The notes under the pieces are model-generated. The model ran no database searches, had not been told where the DNA came from, and saw nothing but the letters and a program-made list of their open reading frames with translations. The position numbers and the translations under genes are program-made. 64,000 nucleotides of DNA from Octopus sinensis. Taxonomy: Eukaryota. Positions 23,192 through 36,600 of this stretch are shown here, in pieces. Each line of letters starts with the position of its first letter. Within the stretch, counting starts at the first letter, position 1. The DNA lies in the NCBI RefSeq assembly GCF_006345805.1, contig NW_021833114.1:17235-81234 (forward strand), written 5' to 3'.

Positions 23192-24280
23192 ATGCCGAAA
23201 TGGCTTGGAAGTAGCAAAAAAAAGTCGAAAAACAATTATGATGTAATCTACGGTGAATTATGTGTGATTGGGTAATGAAGATTAATTCTAAACACCAGGA
23301 GTGGCCTTGAGATTGGGGAGTCATTGCGACGTCGCCCTCGACAAACATTGTTCAGAAGGAACGTGGCAAACGGAATTAATGGAGAAATGTTATTAGAAAG
23401 AACTAAAATTGTAAATGAAGGTAGTGACTGTGTAGCGTAACAAAAACTATTCGGTGAAATTTAACGAGGGAATTTGGGAATACGAGGCAGACGATTCCCT
23501 GGACATGTTCCAGATCGGTCGGTCACCAGGAGAGACAAACGACATTGTTATGGAAGATAATTTGACTGTATCTCGTTTTGCTTGTCGTCTGCTCGTCTCC
23601 CGCGACCCTCCTCACACTACGAAATTATATGCGGGAGGATTTAACGATGAACACTTCCTCACACTTAACCAATCTTTCCAAAGACTCGGGTCGTGGGATG
23701 GATTCACGACCAACGGAGTTTTCATCAGGCATGCCGGGCCTGCTCAGGAATGGAAGGAAGTGTCCGTAAGAGGTGGTGTCTTTCCTCATCGAACGATTCG
23801 AACGTCAATGGAACCTTGTGGGGACAACACTCTCCACGATGGCTCACTCATTGATTTGGGTGGCCTCACTTTTATTTGGAGGAATCCCTTCGCACGACTC
23901 ACTACTCCCGTACTGATTAATTAATTATTTTAGGATCCACAATCACTCGCATTACCGACCACTTTTTCCCATGTATTCTCTGGATGTGGTCATGTCTCCA
24001 ATGAAGATAAATGCCAGGTGTGTCCGATTATCAGTCCTATCCGTCCACTTCTTCTTGGAACTCAGACTTGTTTCTATGTCGATGATAATAAACTGACACA
24101 CTTTTTTACAGCATGTGGACATGTCACCACTCACCTGACTGCAAAGTTATAGTTCCGTGATAAAACTTTAGGTTCTGGGCTAATACTAAATTACCATGTG
24201 AACAAGACTTTAGGGCTGTTTGTCCTTTTTGTCGTACTCCATTAGAGGGCCCTGCATTTCTTTCTCTTATACTTTCTTGA
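23192..24280 (+). CDS. PELI: Pellino E3 ubiquitin ligase (about 328 aa, 4 introns)
   Basis: YGELCVIG, DMFQIGRS, VSRFACRL, DGFTTNGV, LHDGSLIDLGG, and C-terminal CGHV...FYVD...CGHV...CPFC RING; introns of 27, 25, 24 and 26 nt. Confidence 0.93.
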
Positions 24281-24728
24281 CCAAATTATCATTATATAAA
24301 CAATTTTTATAGTTTAATGATAGTTGTTAAACTTACCATATAAGTTATTCCAAACGGAACTTTTATAATAAAATTCTGAAAAAATTAAGGATGAGCATTC
24401 CAAAATGTATAAGACAGTTGAGCGTTTTTGTTTACATTAAAGCCTAGCTAAAACTTTGTCTACTTAAAAGTTAAATCCTTAATTTTAAATTCACGCGTAA
24501 ACTAATGGACACTTTGAAATCTTGGAAATTAGAATAGATTAATAAAATAATTGAGAAACCAAAATATTTTAAAAATTTTGTCAATAATAATTATCAACAA
24601 ACCGTTGCTGTTAAACGCCGTAAAAATCAATAATCTGTGCCGTAAATTGATTAATCTCCGTCAGATTTAAAAATACTTAGTTATTATGTGAGAGAAAACT
24701 TGCAAGAAAACTTGCAGACATCAAGTTT

Positions 24729-24920
24729 TCAAACTTGCAAGAAACACTCGGATATGACCTTTCTTACAACATCACTTTTCACGATGAAGTAATGACGGCG
24801 ACAGAGAAATTCAATCTTGTTGATGCCTCCGTGAGACATCAAATGTAGAGAACGAGCATGGGTCTCCATCTCTGCTCGACAGTCCAAAGGAATGACTAAT
24901 TTTTCAAATTTCCTTTTCAA
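24729..24920 (-). mobile_element. Ginger-type integrase N-terminal (HHCC) fragment
   Basis: HLMSHGGINKIEFLCRRHYFIVKSDVVRKVISEC. Confidence 0.6.
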
Positions 24921-24994
24921 ATAAAGTCTTTAAATTAAAAAAGATTAATACTTATCATTTTTTTGACAAAAATTGGAAGCTTTTTTGGCCAATT

Positions 24995-25210
24995 CAATCA
25001 GATATGGAAACGCTCAGGAGGCACTTAATACCTACCAAAAAAAGGACTTCTAGAACTCTGACCCTGGGACATCGTCGTCTTACTCCGACCATGTGGCCAG
25101 GATCGAACCTTTCAGAAGGATCTCCCTCGCTTGAATCGGGGATCACGGGGATTATAATTAACTGACTTACTTCGGTCTTTTGGTCATTAAATAAAATAAA
25201 TAAAAAAATG
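24995..25210 (+). mobile_element. 5'-truncated copy of the SINE at 4107-4531
   Basis: Matches the reverse complement of about 4120-4325 (gatatggaaacgctcaggaggcac...gaacctttcagaaggatctccctcgc); A-rich tail. Confidence 0.85.
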
Positions 25211-25299
25211 CAGACAACAATAAGAAAACACGTAAGGGCGCTTAAAATGAACATTTGGTAGTTCAAATTTATCATATTATTAAAATATTACCAAATATA

Positions 25300-25760
25300 A
25301 TGTCTGATGAACTCAAACTTTCCGCATCCCACGAACCAATCGATACAAAGGATCTGGGACAAACTCTCGACCGTAGCATCTTTCGGGAGTTTGAAGTCTG
25401 CACTCAACCAGCACTGTTTTGCCTTTCTCCTCATTGTTGCACACCAAACAGCGTTACCTGGCTAAATGCATTAGGGGGGCTCTAATCAACGACAGCTCTT
25501 TCAGAACCGGCGTCGCCCTACGGCTCGGATTGAATCAATCCACAAGGCATTTATACAGCAGTACGAGAACGGTAGTAGAGAAAAAACTTCGCTCTTTCTC
25601 TTACCGGCGCAGCGCGCCGGCTACCACTGATACGAGGTCCTTCACTTTTAACATTAGAGAAGAATTGCTATCTTTAGGAGTGAGGCACGCAAATTATCGT
25701 GCCTTTTAAAAAGAATTTCAATTGCCATTCCCGCGGGAGTCAAGCAATTCTCTCTGAACA
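25300..25760 (+). mobile_element. Degenerate CRE-clade LINE fragment
   Basis: WLNAL, SFRTGVALRLGL, and a terminal ISIAIPAG-like segment. Confidence 0.55.
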
Positions 25761-25999
25761 CGTAATTTTTCTTTTTGGATAGTTTGGTTCTTTAAAAAAT
25801 TTCTAAAGTATGAAAATTTTTTTTCATTTAATGAAAATAAATTTTAAGAAGAGTATTACTCGTATTCCATGATAATTTTTAATATAATGCCCACACTCGG
25901 CATTCAATTTCAAGGTTTACTTACAGAAGGCATCAAATTATTAAGGTATCTCTATCGATAGAAAAAATAAAATCGTTATTAGTAACATTTTATTTAGAA

Positions 26000-26469
26000 A
26001 ATACAAAATTTTAATTTTCATATTTTCCAAAAGTCGCTGAATTTTACTCCATATCGAGAAATCTACAATTTTAATTAAACGTGCACTATGTTTTCCAATT
26101 CAATTAATTTTAATTCAGTCTGATAGAGATGGGAGAGTATTTCTGTATCGTTAAAATCACTTTTTTCTTTTAATCGTGCACACCATACTCATTATAAGAA
26201 TTACCTTGTTTGTCAATAAATTAGTTCGAAGATAGTCATTTTTGATTGCTACACTTTCTTGTTTATAAACTGACTCAATTATTACCGTTTATATTTTCAT
26301 AACGCTGATTATATATCCATAGAATCTTTATTAAGTCGTGTTGGTCTTCAATTATATCCATAAGATTTTGAATCTGTCGTCTTCCACTTCTTGGATTCGC
26401 CCACTTGGAAAATATCTCAATGAGAGTATAAAGCTCAAAGTTCTTTAAATTTTTATTCTTAACTTTCAT
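26000..26469 (-). CDS. Possible hypothetical gene with short introns
   Basis: The 65-aa ORF can be extended through 22-28 nt GT-AG segments; no recognisable domain; boundaries uncertain. Confidence 0.3.
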
Positions 26470-27046
26470 CAATTGGTCAGTCGATTTAATCTATAATTAT
26501 TTTAATTGGTGTTGTTTAAATACTAAATGCGTCATAAATCACCGGAACAGTCATTTTAGTTTGTACTTTTCTAATTCATGAGTAGACCGTAAAATTTAGC
26601 TAAATTTATTACAGAAGATATTAAAAAAATTATTTATGGATAGCAATTTTTGACACGTATATAACTACTTCACCTGATGTTTGAGAACAAAACACAGATT
26701 ATTAGAAAATCGAAAAAAAGAATACTATCAAACCCATAAAATACAAATGAAATCGACAGTTAAAAAATTATGAAAACAAATTTCAATGTCCTGAGATGTT
26801 CGTTAAGCTACATTTTGAAGATTATTGACAATTATATCATTGTCCAAACACTGTCTTCAGAAAGAATGATGGTTTTGTTGGGGAGTTGCTAATTTTTTAA
26901 AATTATTGTAGGATTATTTATGTATATTTATATTCAATTTAGTTATTTATAATACTATTTGTATTTTTGATTAAACATACACCAATATAATAGTCGCCAT
27001 AGAAAATTAAATGGACCATATATAATTATAACAGCAAGTAATAAAA

Positions 27047-29311
27047 ATGGATCCTACAATAAAAACCTCATACCAATTCACTAGTCTACCAAGTAATACA
27101 AACATAATTAAATTTGCAGTGCCCGGAGAAAAAAAAATTCATACAAAATTAGACCAAAAGGAATATCGCGACTATCTATTGCAACAGATTGCAGTTCAGA
27201 GAGATAATAAGCGAAGGTTATATATTTGAAACGTAATTAACAGAGAGAAGGAATTAAAGATGAATGTTGCTCTAACAGGATCAGTCGATCCTGAAAAATC
27301 TCCAAACAGACTTGGGATTTTAGGGAATCCAATTAATTATTCGAATCAGGCTAACCACCCATATCAGACAAATGAGTCAACAGCTGAAATAAAATTATTT
27401 GAGGGAAATAAAGATTTTTCTACCAGAAATGAGGAACTGAATGGAAATAATTTAAAAGAATTGGATTCATTGCGCGTTGAAACCTTCGAATCTACAAACC
27501 CTCAAGTATGTCGTCAAGGAGATGAGATTTCCAATTCACTTTCTTCGATTCTACATAGACCACATCGAATTAAGTATTTTCCAGAGTTACTTAACGTGTA
27601 TATATCCAAATTAACTTTATAAGTACCCCTTTTAGTGTCAGTGTTGTCCCCAAAGAAGAATCTCTTGTCGCAGAAAAAAGTTCCATTCCGAAATATAAGA
27701 TAACAAATCCAAACAAAGAATCACCAAATGAGTACTTCCATGCCTCGATTATTTAGCCTGAATACTGGAATAGGTGCACAGGCGACTAAAATCGAGCAGG
27801 TTGATAACAAAAAAAAGTATCAAACCGAACTTCTCAATCAGGTAAATAAATTAGATATTCACAATAACTCAGATTCATAATAACAATGAACGAAAAAGGA
27901 AGCAGATGGAAACAGAAATCAGGTAAGTGAGTAGTATCAATGTTAGAGAACAAATCTTGGCACAAATAGAATATGAAAACAAAAGTCCGTGGGGTCGAGA
28001 AGGGGCAGGAGCTCCAAGAAATAAAATTCAAGACGATCTACATAAAAACAAGCACAACAATCCAGTTAGTGAAAATGAAAATGCTCCACCAACGAAACCA
28101 TTAAAACAACAAACTAATTTTTACGGAGAAGTGACGTTTGCTCGTGGTGGAAACTCGATTTTTGGGACTCCAAAAGTTGATTTTTTTATTAAGCCTTTAG
28201 ACCGAATTGGAGAAGTTGACAGCGGAACGATATCGTATCGACCTAGAAAGACAGATTGCAGGTCAGAAAGAATTCAAGCGATTGGAAATGGAAAAAAGAA
28301 AGGCTGAAGAGGAGAAGGAATTGCGTGAAATAAAAGAATATCATGATAAAATCACGAAAAGGGAAGAAGAGGAACGTTTAATCCATTTTGAAAAAGTCAT
28401 CTAATTAATATTTAAATAATGACGTACAGGAAAGGAAACGAGTAGAGAACATTCAATACGAGTTAGAAATAAGGAGACATGCTTTTGAAAACAAAAAGAA
28501 ATACATTTACAAACATGAAGATGTCTCAACTTTTTGTCCCCATAATTCTCCAATTGTTCAAAAAGAAAGCCAAAACGACAAGGTCGTCATCGAAAAAAAT
28601 AAGCGTACAAATGATTATTGTCGTTATGTAATAGAATCAAAACTATTAAACCGTTTGGAAGCCTTTAGAACTCAACTAAATGAAAAAAAGGCTCGATTAG
28701 AAAATTTTGTTGACGACCAAAAAGTTTATAGTTTAATATTATTTGCCTAAGAACAAGCGTTGTGACAATTCTGCTAAATTAAAAGTTCTAAAAAGTCCTA
28801 AAATGAAGGCCCCACAATCTGTATTTAATTATTAGCTGATTTCAGCCTGCTACCGCCCTATCAATGTCGAATAATTCAATGAAAGATCAACAAGATTACG
28901 AAATTCTGTCTGATTTTTGGAAAATATCAGAATTTGACGCAGATTCTGACAAATTTGACTTTGGACTTTCGACTCTACCTAGAAACGACTCTGAAGCTTT
29001 TATTACAGATATATACGAAGAAACAGATAATCTAGATTCTCAGGTCTACTTTTATTTTTCAGCTTTTAGAAACAAAAAAACCCTGTTATTCCAACGAAAA
29101 AATTAGTTAAACAAATGAAGAGTCTTCGGAAAAAAAGTATAATTTTATTTTCATGTAGTATTGGGATGTGATGGAGAGTATTATGATATTTTGTAAATTC
29201 AAAAATAATAAATTTAGTGATACTCCAACAAATAAACTTAACATTAAATTCGACTCACTAGCAAATATCGAGGACGACGAAAATTTGTGGACAAACCCTG
29301 GGACTGATTAG
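27047..29311 (+). CDS. CSPP1/CCDC66-like centrosomal/ciliary coiled-coil protein (multi-exon)
   Basis: KEYRDYLLQQI, SPWGREGAGAP, FARGGNSIFG, RYRIDLERQI, and terminal LWTNPGT motifs; short GT-AG introns link the ORF fragments; several junctions tentative. Confidence 0.55.
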
Positions 29312-29604
29312 TCATTAATATAATTGCTTCTTAATTTGAATATGAACAATGCAGAAATTTTTTTTAATTTAGCAACTCTTAAAAATCAAAAAAATCGAAT
29401 TTTTGTTTTGACTAACAATTTTAAGTTATTTTAAGTTATTGTCTCATCTTTTTCGAAAAAAGGCGTTAATTATAATTAACATATTTTTTTCTTTTTTAAT
29501 AATCACATTATTTAAGAAAATATGAAAGGCGAAAGTTACGTGCCAGCGGCAAGGACGCAGTGTGCGTTAACTTAATTACTCAATTGTCTATACATCATTT
29601 ATAT

Positions 29605-30837
29605 TTTTTTTTTTTTTTCACATATTATATGTAATTAACAAATAGTTATTAACTAACTAAATTCCCGGCATCGTAAATGGAAACACAGTTTCCACGTACT
29701 ATGGCCAAGGAAATCCTTTCGAAAAGCCACTTGGACTCGCGTGGGTCGCCCCGTTTATGGGAGATCATGCGGCCAAGCTTTTTTAGAAAGGAAGAGACTT
29801 TTCGCCGATGACGCCGGAAGTCTCGACGGCGATGGGAGTGAACAGATACCGTTCAGAGAGCTCCTTGTACTTTCCAATCTTCATCTTCTCGGTTTTGCGA
29901 GAGACTGAGCCAGGCTCGACAGCTGAAGAAGGAAGGTTGAGCTCCGAGAAAGTGTCTGAACACGTCGCATCCCATAACAGAGACTTGCCGAACTCAAACG
30001 GGAAAGTCGATAGGCCGTCGGGTCTTTTCCGTCTCCCCTCGCAAGCCCGACGGGTTCGAGGATTGATGGGATCCCAGCGGCCGTGAGCCCCCTCTGAATA
30101 ACGTCGTTAAGTGCTGCATGGCGTGGTGCGCGCCCTGCACTGCGACGACAGGAAAGGGGATGTAGACCAAAACGGTCAATGACAGCACCACAACGACATT
30201 TGTGTATTTCGCAGATTTCCAATCCAAGACGCAATGATAAACCAATTCGTAGGCAATCTTTGTCTAGTAGGTTACCGGTGGAAGGGACAGGGAGAGCATC
30301 CAGCCAGGCCCCACTCCCTGTGCAGCAGCCTGCGCGGAGACATGCAAGTCTGTGCTGATCGAAATTTTTGCGTAGATGTACGTCAAGAGCTTCACAAGAA
30401 ATGGCATCCCATTGAGCTTGGATACACGGGTCACTGGGTCTTTTGTTGTACAATGAATCCCAAAGGTCCAGAGCGGCCACGTTATCAACTGACATTTTTC
30501 GTTCGGGAAGGTTTCTGAGAACGATGTCAGTGAGGGCACGGGATGATGCCAGGGACGAGAGGAAGGCAGGAAGAGCCAGATAAACGGGCGAACGAAGGCC
30601 AATCCCCCCGAGATTAACAGGCAGGGAAGATTGAAGCCACCCCAGAGCGTCGAAATGGATGTTGCACAGATACTCGGCTCCAGACTTCAAGATAGAATCG
30701 ATATCGGATAACAGATTAGGCATGCGAAAACAAGGAGAACTCCTTAGGGTGTACAAAAGCCTCGGAGTTGAGAAATAGTTACGCAGAAGAAAGAACCCGA
30801 GGTGGGCATCAATGAGGGAAAGCCGTTCGATCATCAT
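29605..30837 (-). mobile_element. CRE-clade LINE, 5'-truncated with poly(A) tail
   Basis: SLPVNLGGIG, GSGAWLDALP, CRCG...HPLSC...RHAALND, PDG, AILRGN-like end (IVRGNCVS); T-run at about 29605-29618. Confidence 0.88.
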
Positions 30838-30859
30838 TTATATTATAATTCAATTTAAG

Positions 30860-31540
30860 CTCTTCTTAAATATTCCATATTTGTAGAATCAGATTCGGAG
30901 TAGAATGTGTCCTGGATAATTAAAATCTATGTCACGTCTTTTACCCAACGGATTACCTCAGGGTTCCCCCTTATCCTCTGATCTATTCAATCTATTTTTG
31001 GTAGACCTCCCGTACCTTTTAGACGATAATAATGTTTTATTGTGTTATGCGGATGGCATTGTATTGGCTTCATAGGATCAGACATCCAGAAGGTCACTGA
31101 AAGGATCCAATTTAACCTGGATCGGCTCAATACTTAGCTAATAGATAACTGGCTAGTTGTGAATGCTGAGAAGTCATCTACGTCCCTCTTCATACCTGAT
31201 AGAAAATTGGGAAGGAAGACAGTTGCTTTGAAGCTGAACAATGTCTTCATATCTTCCAACAGAAGTCAGAAGATTTTAGGAGTGACTCTTTATACGCATC
31301 TCTGCTTTTTTTACATGTAAATAACATAGTTCTGAAATGCGAAAAAATGAACGTGATGAAAAGCTTATTGGGAATATGGAAGAGTGGTTTTTACTCGATC
31401 TTGGCAATCAAATATCGTCAATACATCAAACTATGCTTTTCCTACGCTTGTGCTTTACGGGAATCGCTTCTTTCTTCAACAAACAAGAGGAAAATTGAGA
31501 AGGCTCAATTAAGGGCATGCAGATTAACCGAACTTCCTTG
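30860..31540 (+). mobile_element. Degenerate copy of the I-group LINE RT
   Basis: LLPNGLPQGSPLSSDLFNLFL, CYADGIVLAS, LGVTL; colinear with 16450-17757. Confidence 0.8.
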
Positions 31541-31666
31541 ACAGTTTCTTAGATTTTTTCTTCATTTATTTGATTACATTTTTAGAACATCATTTGTAAG
31601 CTGCTCGTTAATTTTATTTTTAGGCAAACATAAAAAATTTATATTAGAATAATTGTCTGCCTTATG

Positions 31667-31967
31667 ATGGAGGTTGTTTGGACACATTCTAAGGATGGAT
31701 TTAGATGCACCGGCAAACGCCGCTATGGAGGACTATTTCGAAGCTGGGGGTTATCGTTTTCGTGGGCGACCAAGAAATACTCTCCCGGGTACGCTGGATA
31801 GAGACCTAAAGAGGGTTAATAAAGAATTGAGGGCCGGGGACGATCTCAATGCACTACGGGACGTCGCCCAAGATCGCGGGAAATGGAATAAACTAATTAC
31901 TCTTATTGTTTCCTGTGCTGCACAAGCTTTGTCATGATCTATGGCATCGCGAAAGTGCCTATAATAA
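31667..31967 (+). mobile_element. RTE LINE 3' end with TSD
   Basis: WRLFGHILRMD...FRGRPR...; (AAT) tail; 11-bp TSD tctgccttatg (31656-31666 and 31968-31978). Confidence 0.88.
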
Positions 31968-32046
31968 TCTGCCTTATGGCATCCTGGATTCTCAAAATTA
32001 ATAAAATATTTCTGTTATTATCTTTTATTTGTTCATTTATTACATA

Positions 32047-32790
32047 CAGTAAACATCGGTTAATTGCATAACATTTGTCCACGGAAAATCTTATGCAATT
32101 AACCGATATATGCAATTAACCGATGTTTTAATAAAAATCAATAATTTTTTTAGTAGTCAAGAAAAGAAAATAATCAAAAACGTTTAAAAAAATCATTAAT
32201 TTTGGACTGTCTAGTCTTCTGGCAAAGGCGTAGGACGCTTTTTTCTAGTTCATAGAAGTTGTCCATATCCATTTCACTTGTTAAATCGCTGTTAGTAAGA
32301 AACTGGCGTATTAATCTGCATGTACCCATAACTTCCGAACTGGTTGTTTTCACGGGTATGGGACATGTGTAATAATAATTAAATTTTAAAATTACAAATT
32401 ATAATTATGCAATAATTATTATAATTATAATTACAAATTCTAGACGAAACAAGGATCCCAACGAGACTCGTCATCTTTTCCAAAGAGTCCGAGGGAACTG
32501 CCAGGCCATCTTATGCGCCGGCAGTTCAAAATAACTGCTTTGCTTTTTTTCTTGAATTGATAAGTTTTATTTCAAAAAAAAAATTATGCAATTATGCGAA
32601 AATTTTTATAAGAAAAAATAGTAAATGTTCCCAATGAGAGTATGCAATTAACCGATTTATGCAATTAACCGATATGCAATTAGCTGATATTTTTTCAATG
32701 GAAACCATATAAGTTATGGTTTTAAACATGAATTTATGCCATTAACCGATTTATGCAATTAACCGATATGCAATTAACCGATGACTACTG
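32047..32790. mobile_element. pogo/Tigger-type MITE
   Basis: TA|CAGTAAACATCGGTTAATTGCATA ... TATGCAATTAACCGATGACTACTG|TA; subterminal tgcaattaaccgat repeats. Confidence 0.88.
32440..32583 (+). mobile_element. CRE-clade LINE 3' tip nested in the MITE
   Basis: KDPNETRHLFQRVRGNCQAIL, poly(A) at about 32574, flanking aattatgcaat direct repeat. Confidence 0.6.
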
Positions 32791-32829
32791 TATAAACATT
32801 CATTACATATAACATTTATTACATTTATT

Positions 32830-33090
32830 ACATATAAAGAGCTTTCACACTTACCGAAAGGTGGTATACAGGTGAAGCTATCAAACCACCAATCTCTTTC
32901 GAAACTCTCATTGAGAAGAATACAAAAGGGCATCAATGGTATAAAGAAACGATCCGCCCTCAACGATCTTGTGTGGGCTCAAGAGAGCAGCACAGAGCGA
33001 AGCTGAGAGCAATGATCAAATTCGTCGGGATCACCTAGTTAGTTTTTTTTTCTTTTGGTTAACGGTGGTCTTTGGAATAAATTTTGATTT
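32830..33090 (+). mobile_element. 3' end of an I-group LINE
   Basis: IRPQRSCVGSREQHRAKLRAMIKFVGIT*, matching the C-terminus of the 16450 ORF. Confidence 0.7.
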
Positions 33091-33167
33091 GATTTGATTA
33101 AAAATTTTTTTACAAATAATCCAGTCTCATCGCAGTTTAAGATATCCTTAATATAATATTAAATTAT

Positions 33168-33400
33168 TAATTCGGCAGCTCAGGGCTTGTTTAATCAAAC
33201 AACTATATGTTTATGTAGATATATAAACAACCTGGCTTGCTGTAATCTTACTCTAATATTAATGTTTTTACTTTAGCTGAATGTTTGTATTTAATTATGT
33301 ACTTTAAAATCTGCTAACTGTCAAGTGGTATTTTAAAATCTTATAATTACACTAACAAGATCGATTATGATAATGGCCTGAATTTTGATTCATAGTCTAT
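33168..33400 (-). mobile_element. Internally deleted remnant of the Helitron family at 572-2833
   Basis: tcggcagctc, caaacaactata.gtttatgtagat.tata and ttttgattcat.gtc.ataa segments match 577-700 and about 1560-1600. Confidence 0.65.
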
Positions 33401-33646
33401 AAGTGCCCCGAAAACCGAAAGTCCCCCACTTCCGGGGTCGCAACAATAATGGGTTGCACTGTATATAGATCTAAAACAGAATTTCCCGTAAAACGTTAAT
33501 GCTTGATTGTAAAAGCAAAAGTGTAGAAATTCGACATTAATGCTTGAAACGTGAACACTAATGCTAGTGCTTTCGACGTTAAAGTTCCGAAAACCTTAAT
33601 GAACAATATTAAGAGAAATTGTTAGATTAGAATTAATAATTACTGT

Positions 33647-36600
33647 TCAATCAGTAGGAATTATTTTGGGCAGTTTTGCTTCCTATTGAATGGCGGATTA
33701 AATAATACTTGAGGAGGCATAGATCCAAGTCGAGTAAGCTCAGAATATTGCAAATCAATTTGCCTTTGTGCCTCGATAAGGTTTTTTTCAAGAATTGCGT
33801 TTTTCGTATTTGATGCTATCATTGCAAGCGTTTGTGCAGAATCGTTGTTTTCCTGATTACGATGGATTCCGAGAGCAACATGAAGGTCATGAATTTGAGT
33901 AAGAGCTTGTTTAAGTTCTTTTCTTAAATCATTTATTTCCTTGATGAGACAAACATTTTCCTTAATCTAAAGGAAAACAGAAAACTTGAATTATCTTGAC
34001 ATGATCGGCTCGATTGAGTTGCACGTCTTTAACAAGCTTTTTCCTTAATGAATGAACCGTTTTTTCCAAATGTTCTCTTTGCCTATTGTACTCGTTCTGT
34101 AAGTCAGAATCAAGCGTCGCCACTTCCAACTGTCAATGTCGTCATCTCTTAAACTTACAATGTTCCCACGAGCGTGTTTTTTGTAGAGTTGTCTGATCCT
34201 GTTCTTTAATTCTTTTGGGTCTTGTATGTAGGCAATACAACGATGTAAGTCTGTTTGGAATTTCCTGATGACGAAATCCTTATCTCTCACCTGTGAACTA
34301 ACGAATGTGGGCTAACGAATTGACGTTCTTTGAGCATTTCCTTCTGAGTCTGTTTTAATTTTTCCGTGAGACTAGCAGCATTGAGATCAAGTTGAGCGTT
34401 TTGTTTGTTAAACTTTTCTAACTCACTTTCCATTTCCTTATAGTCAAAGTGCCCCTCCATTCACCTGGATTTGTTCCTTCATTGCTTTGATATAATTTTC
34501 CTTGGGCTCAATTTGTTTCTTTAATTCTCTGATCTTGTAGTCCAACACGAATTTGAACTTTTCAAGTTCCTGGTTTTTCTTTTTAATGTCGTAGATCTTT
34601 TTTTCCTATAAAAATATATGTAATCAAAAAAGTTTACTTTATCCTGAATTACGTCATCGCGCTCTTCTACTTCTTTTCTGAAACTCTGAATATCTCGTTC
34701 AAGGTTGCGAATCACATTTGCTTGTTTTCCGTTTTCAGTTTGCAGAACTTTCAGCTCGTCTTTCAAATCGTCAATTTCAGAAGTGAGACTCGAGAACTAA
34801 AATTACAATCACCTTGTACTTTCTTTTTCATTATTCCCGACTCACTCTTGAGTTTTGTGTTCATTTCCCTTTCGTCTCTGAGTTTGCGTTCAAAGTTATT
34901 CTTCAGTTCGAGAATCTCCTGATCCGCGTCTTCTTCGATCTGATTCCTCATTTCCTCGTGTTCTTCCTGCTGAGATGCGATGACTCCTTCAGCCTACAGT
35001 CACTCAAATTGGAATACCCGCTCATTCTGTCGCCGCAACTCGTCCAATCTGACTTGGTAATATTCCTCCAATTCGTGAAGAGCTTCTTCCTTGTCGAATT
35101 CTTTTGAATTTAGTTGATTTTCATAGTTTTCCTGAATTGTCTGGGACTTGGATTGTAGAAGTTGATACTTTTCATATTCCAGCAACAACTTTTGGCTGTG
35201 GGAATCATCTGATTATTAAAACTATAGGCTTAACTCATGTTTTGTATTTCCCTCATGTGGTTCTCCTCGTTCACTCCCATAATATCTTTATACCGATTTT
35301 CTAACGACTCTTTTTCGTTCAAAGACTTGAGGTAGTCTGCTTTCCAGTTTTCAGTCTCAGTAGAAAATTTATCGGTCAGTTCCTTAATTTTTTCTCCGTA
35401 CATGAGATCTTTTAATCTGAGTTGATATTCATTCTCCATCTTTAGTTCACTAACTCTTGTTTGGAGGTCCACAATTGATGCGTTCTGAATGATATGCTAT
35501 TATTCTACCTTATCTTCTAAATCACTTTTGGTAATCAAAATCTCTTCTGAGTATTCAATTTCAATTGACTGTTTTTTGATGATTGGTTCAGTCACTTTCC
35601 ACACAATCATAGTTCCGTCTTCCGCAGTTGTAAATATTGATGTACCGTCATATGATAGTCTAATCTTGAAGTAAATATACCAAAACTTACTCGAGTAACT
35701 GCTGTGGAGTGTCCCGACTGAATTGTGTATTCAGGAGTGCCCATAATCGGGAACTTTATGGAGGAAAACTGTCCAGAGCTGGTTCCACAGTACAAAAACC
35801 TTCCAGAGGGTGACATAACAATTGCCGTGAATGGCACTCCTGGTGAATCAGCCTCGTGGCTGACCTAAGAATCCAGTAATAAATGAATGCACATTGGAAT
35901 TTGATATTTCTCTCAGTTTATTGTCCGACCCGACAACACACGTGCATTTTCCATCTACAGAAGTAGTCAAGTCATAATAATTGCAATGTTTGAGAACATG
36001 TTCATTGGTTCGAATTCCTGAAAGTATGATCGAACGAGCAACCTGTAATTAAGTCCCATTCGTAAACAGCGCCGTCCGAACCACAGGAGTGCAATCTGAG
36101 GTCGTTCATATTCCACTTTAAAGAGGTAATTCTTGAATTGTGGCCTTTGAGATTAATCATATTTTCAAATGTGATTGAGGAAAATATTTGAATCACATTC
36201 GAGTTTGCAGCTGCAAACAAATGTCCCCCATTACTGAAGCGACACTGAATACTTTAACAATTATAATTAACTTCTTGGCATAACTTAACAAGGAATTCTT
36301 TCACAATTTTCATGTCATCGATAAGTAGACTCATCAACCGCAGTTTATCGGTGAACCCCACCAAAATGTACAACCCTGACGGATGAAGAGATACGCAATG
36401 TATTTCCTGACTGAATTCCTTTACGAATTCTAAATTGCTGGAAAAGTAATTTTCTTAGCTACCAACTCGGTCTCGTAGTTTCTTACTGCAATAGATCGAT
36501 CATTTCCGGTGGTCACTACGAGAGTCTTGCGAATGCAAACGTCAAGACCTTTAATTGCCTCAAAATGATTAAATTGTCCTAAATTTTCAAAGTGACAAGC

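Noticed and set aside
29530-29575. rRNA fragment suggested by gtgccagc
   Set aside because: Only 8 nt match the SSU motif and the surrounding sequence is unrelated.
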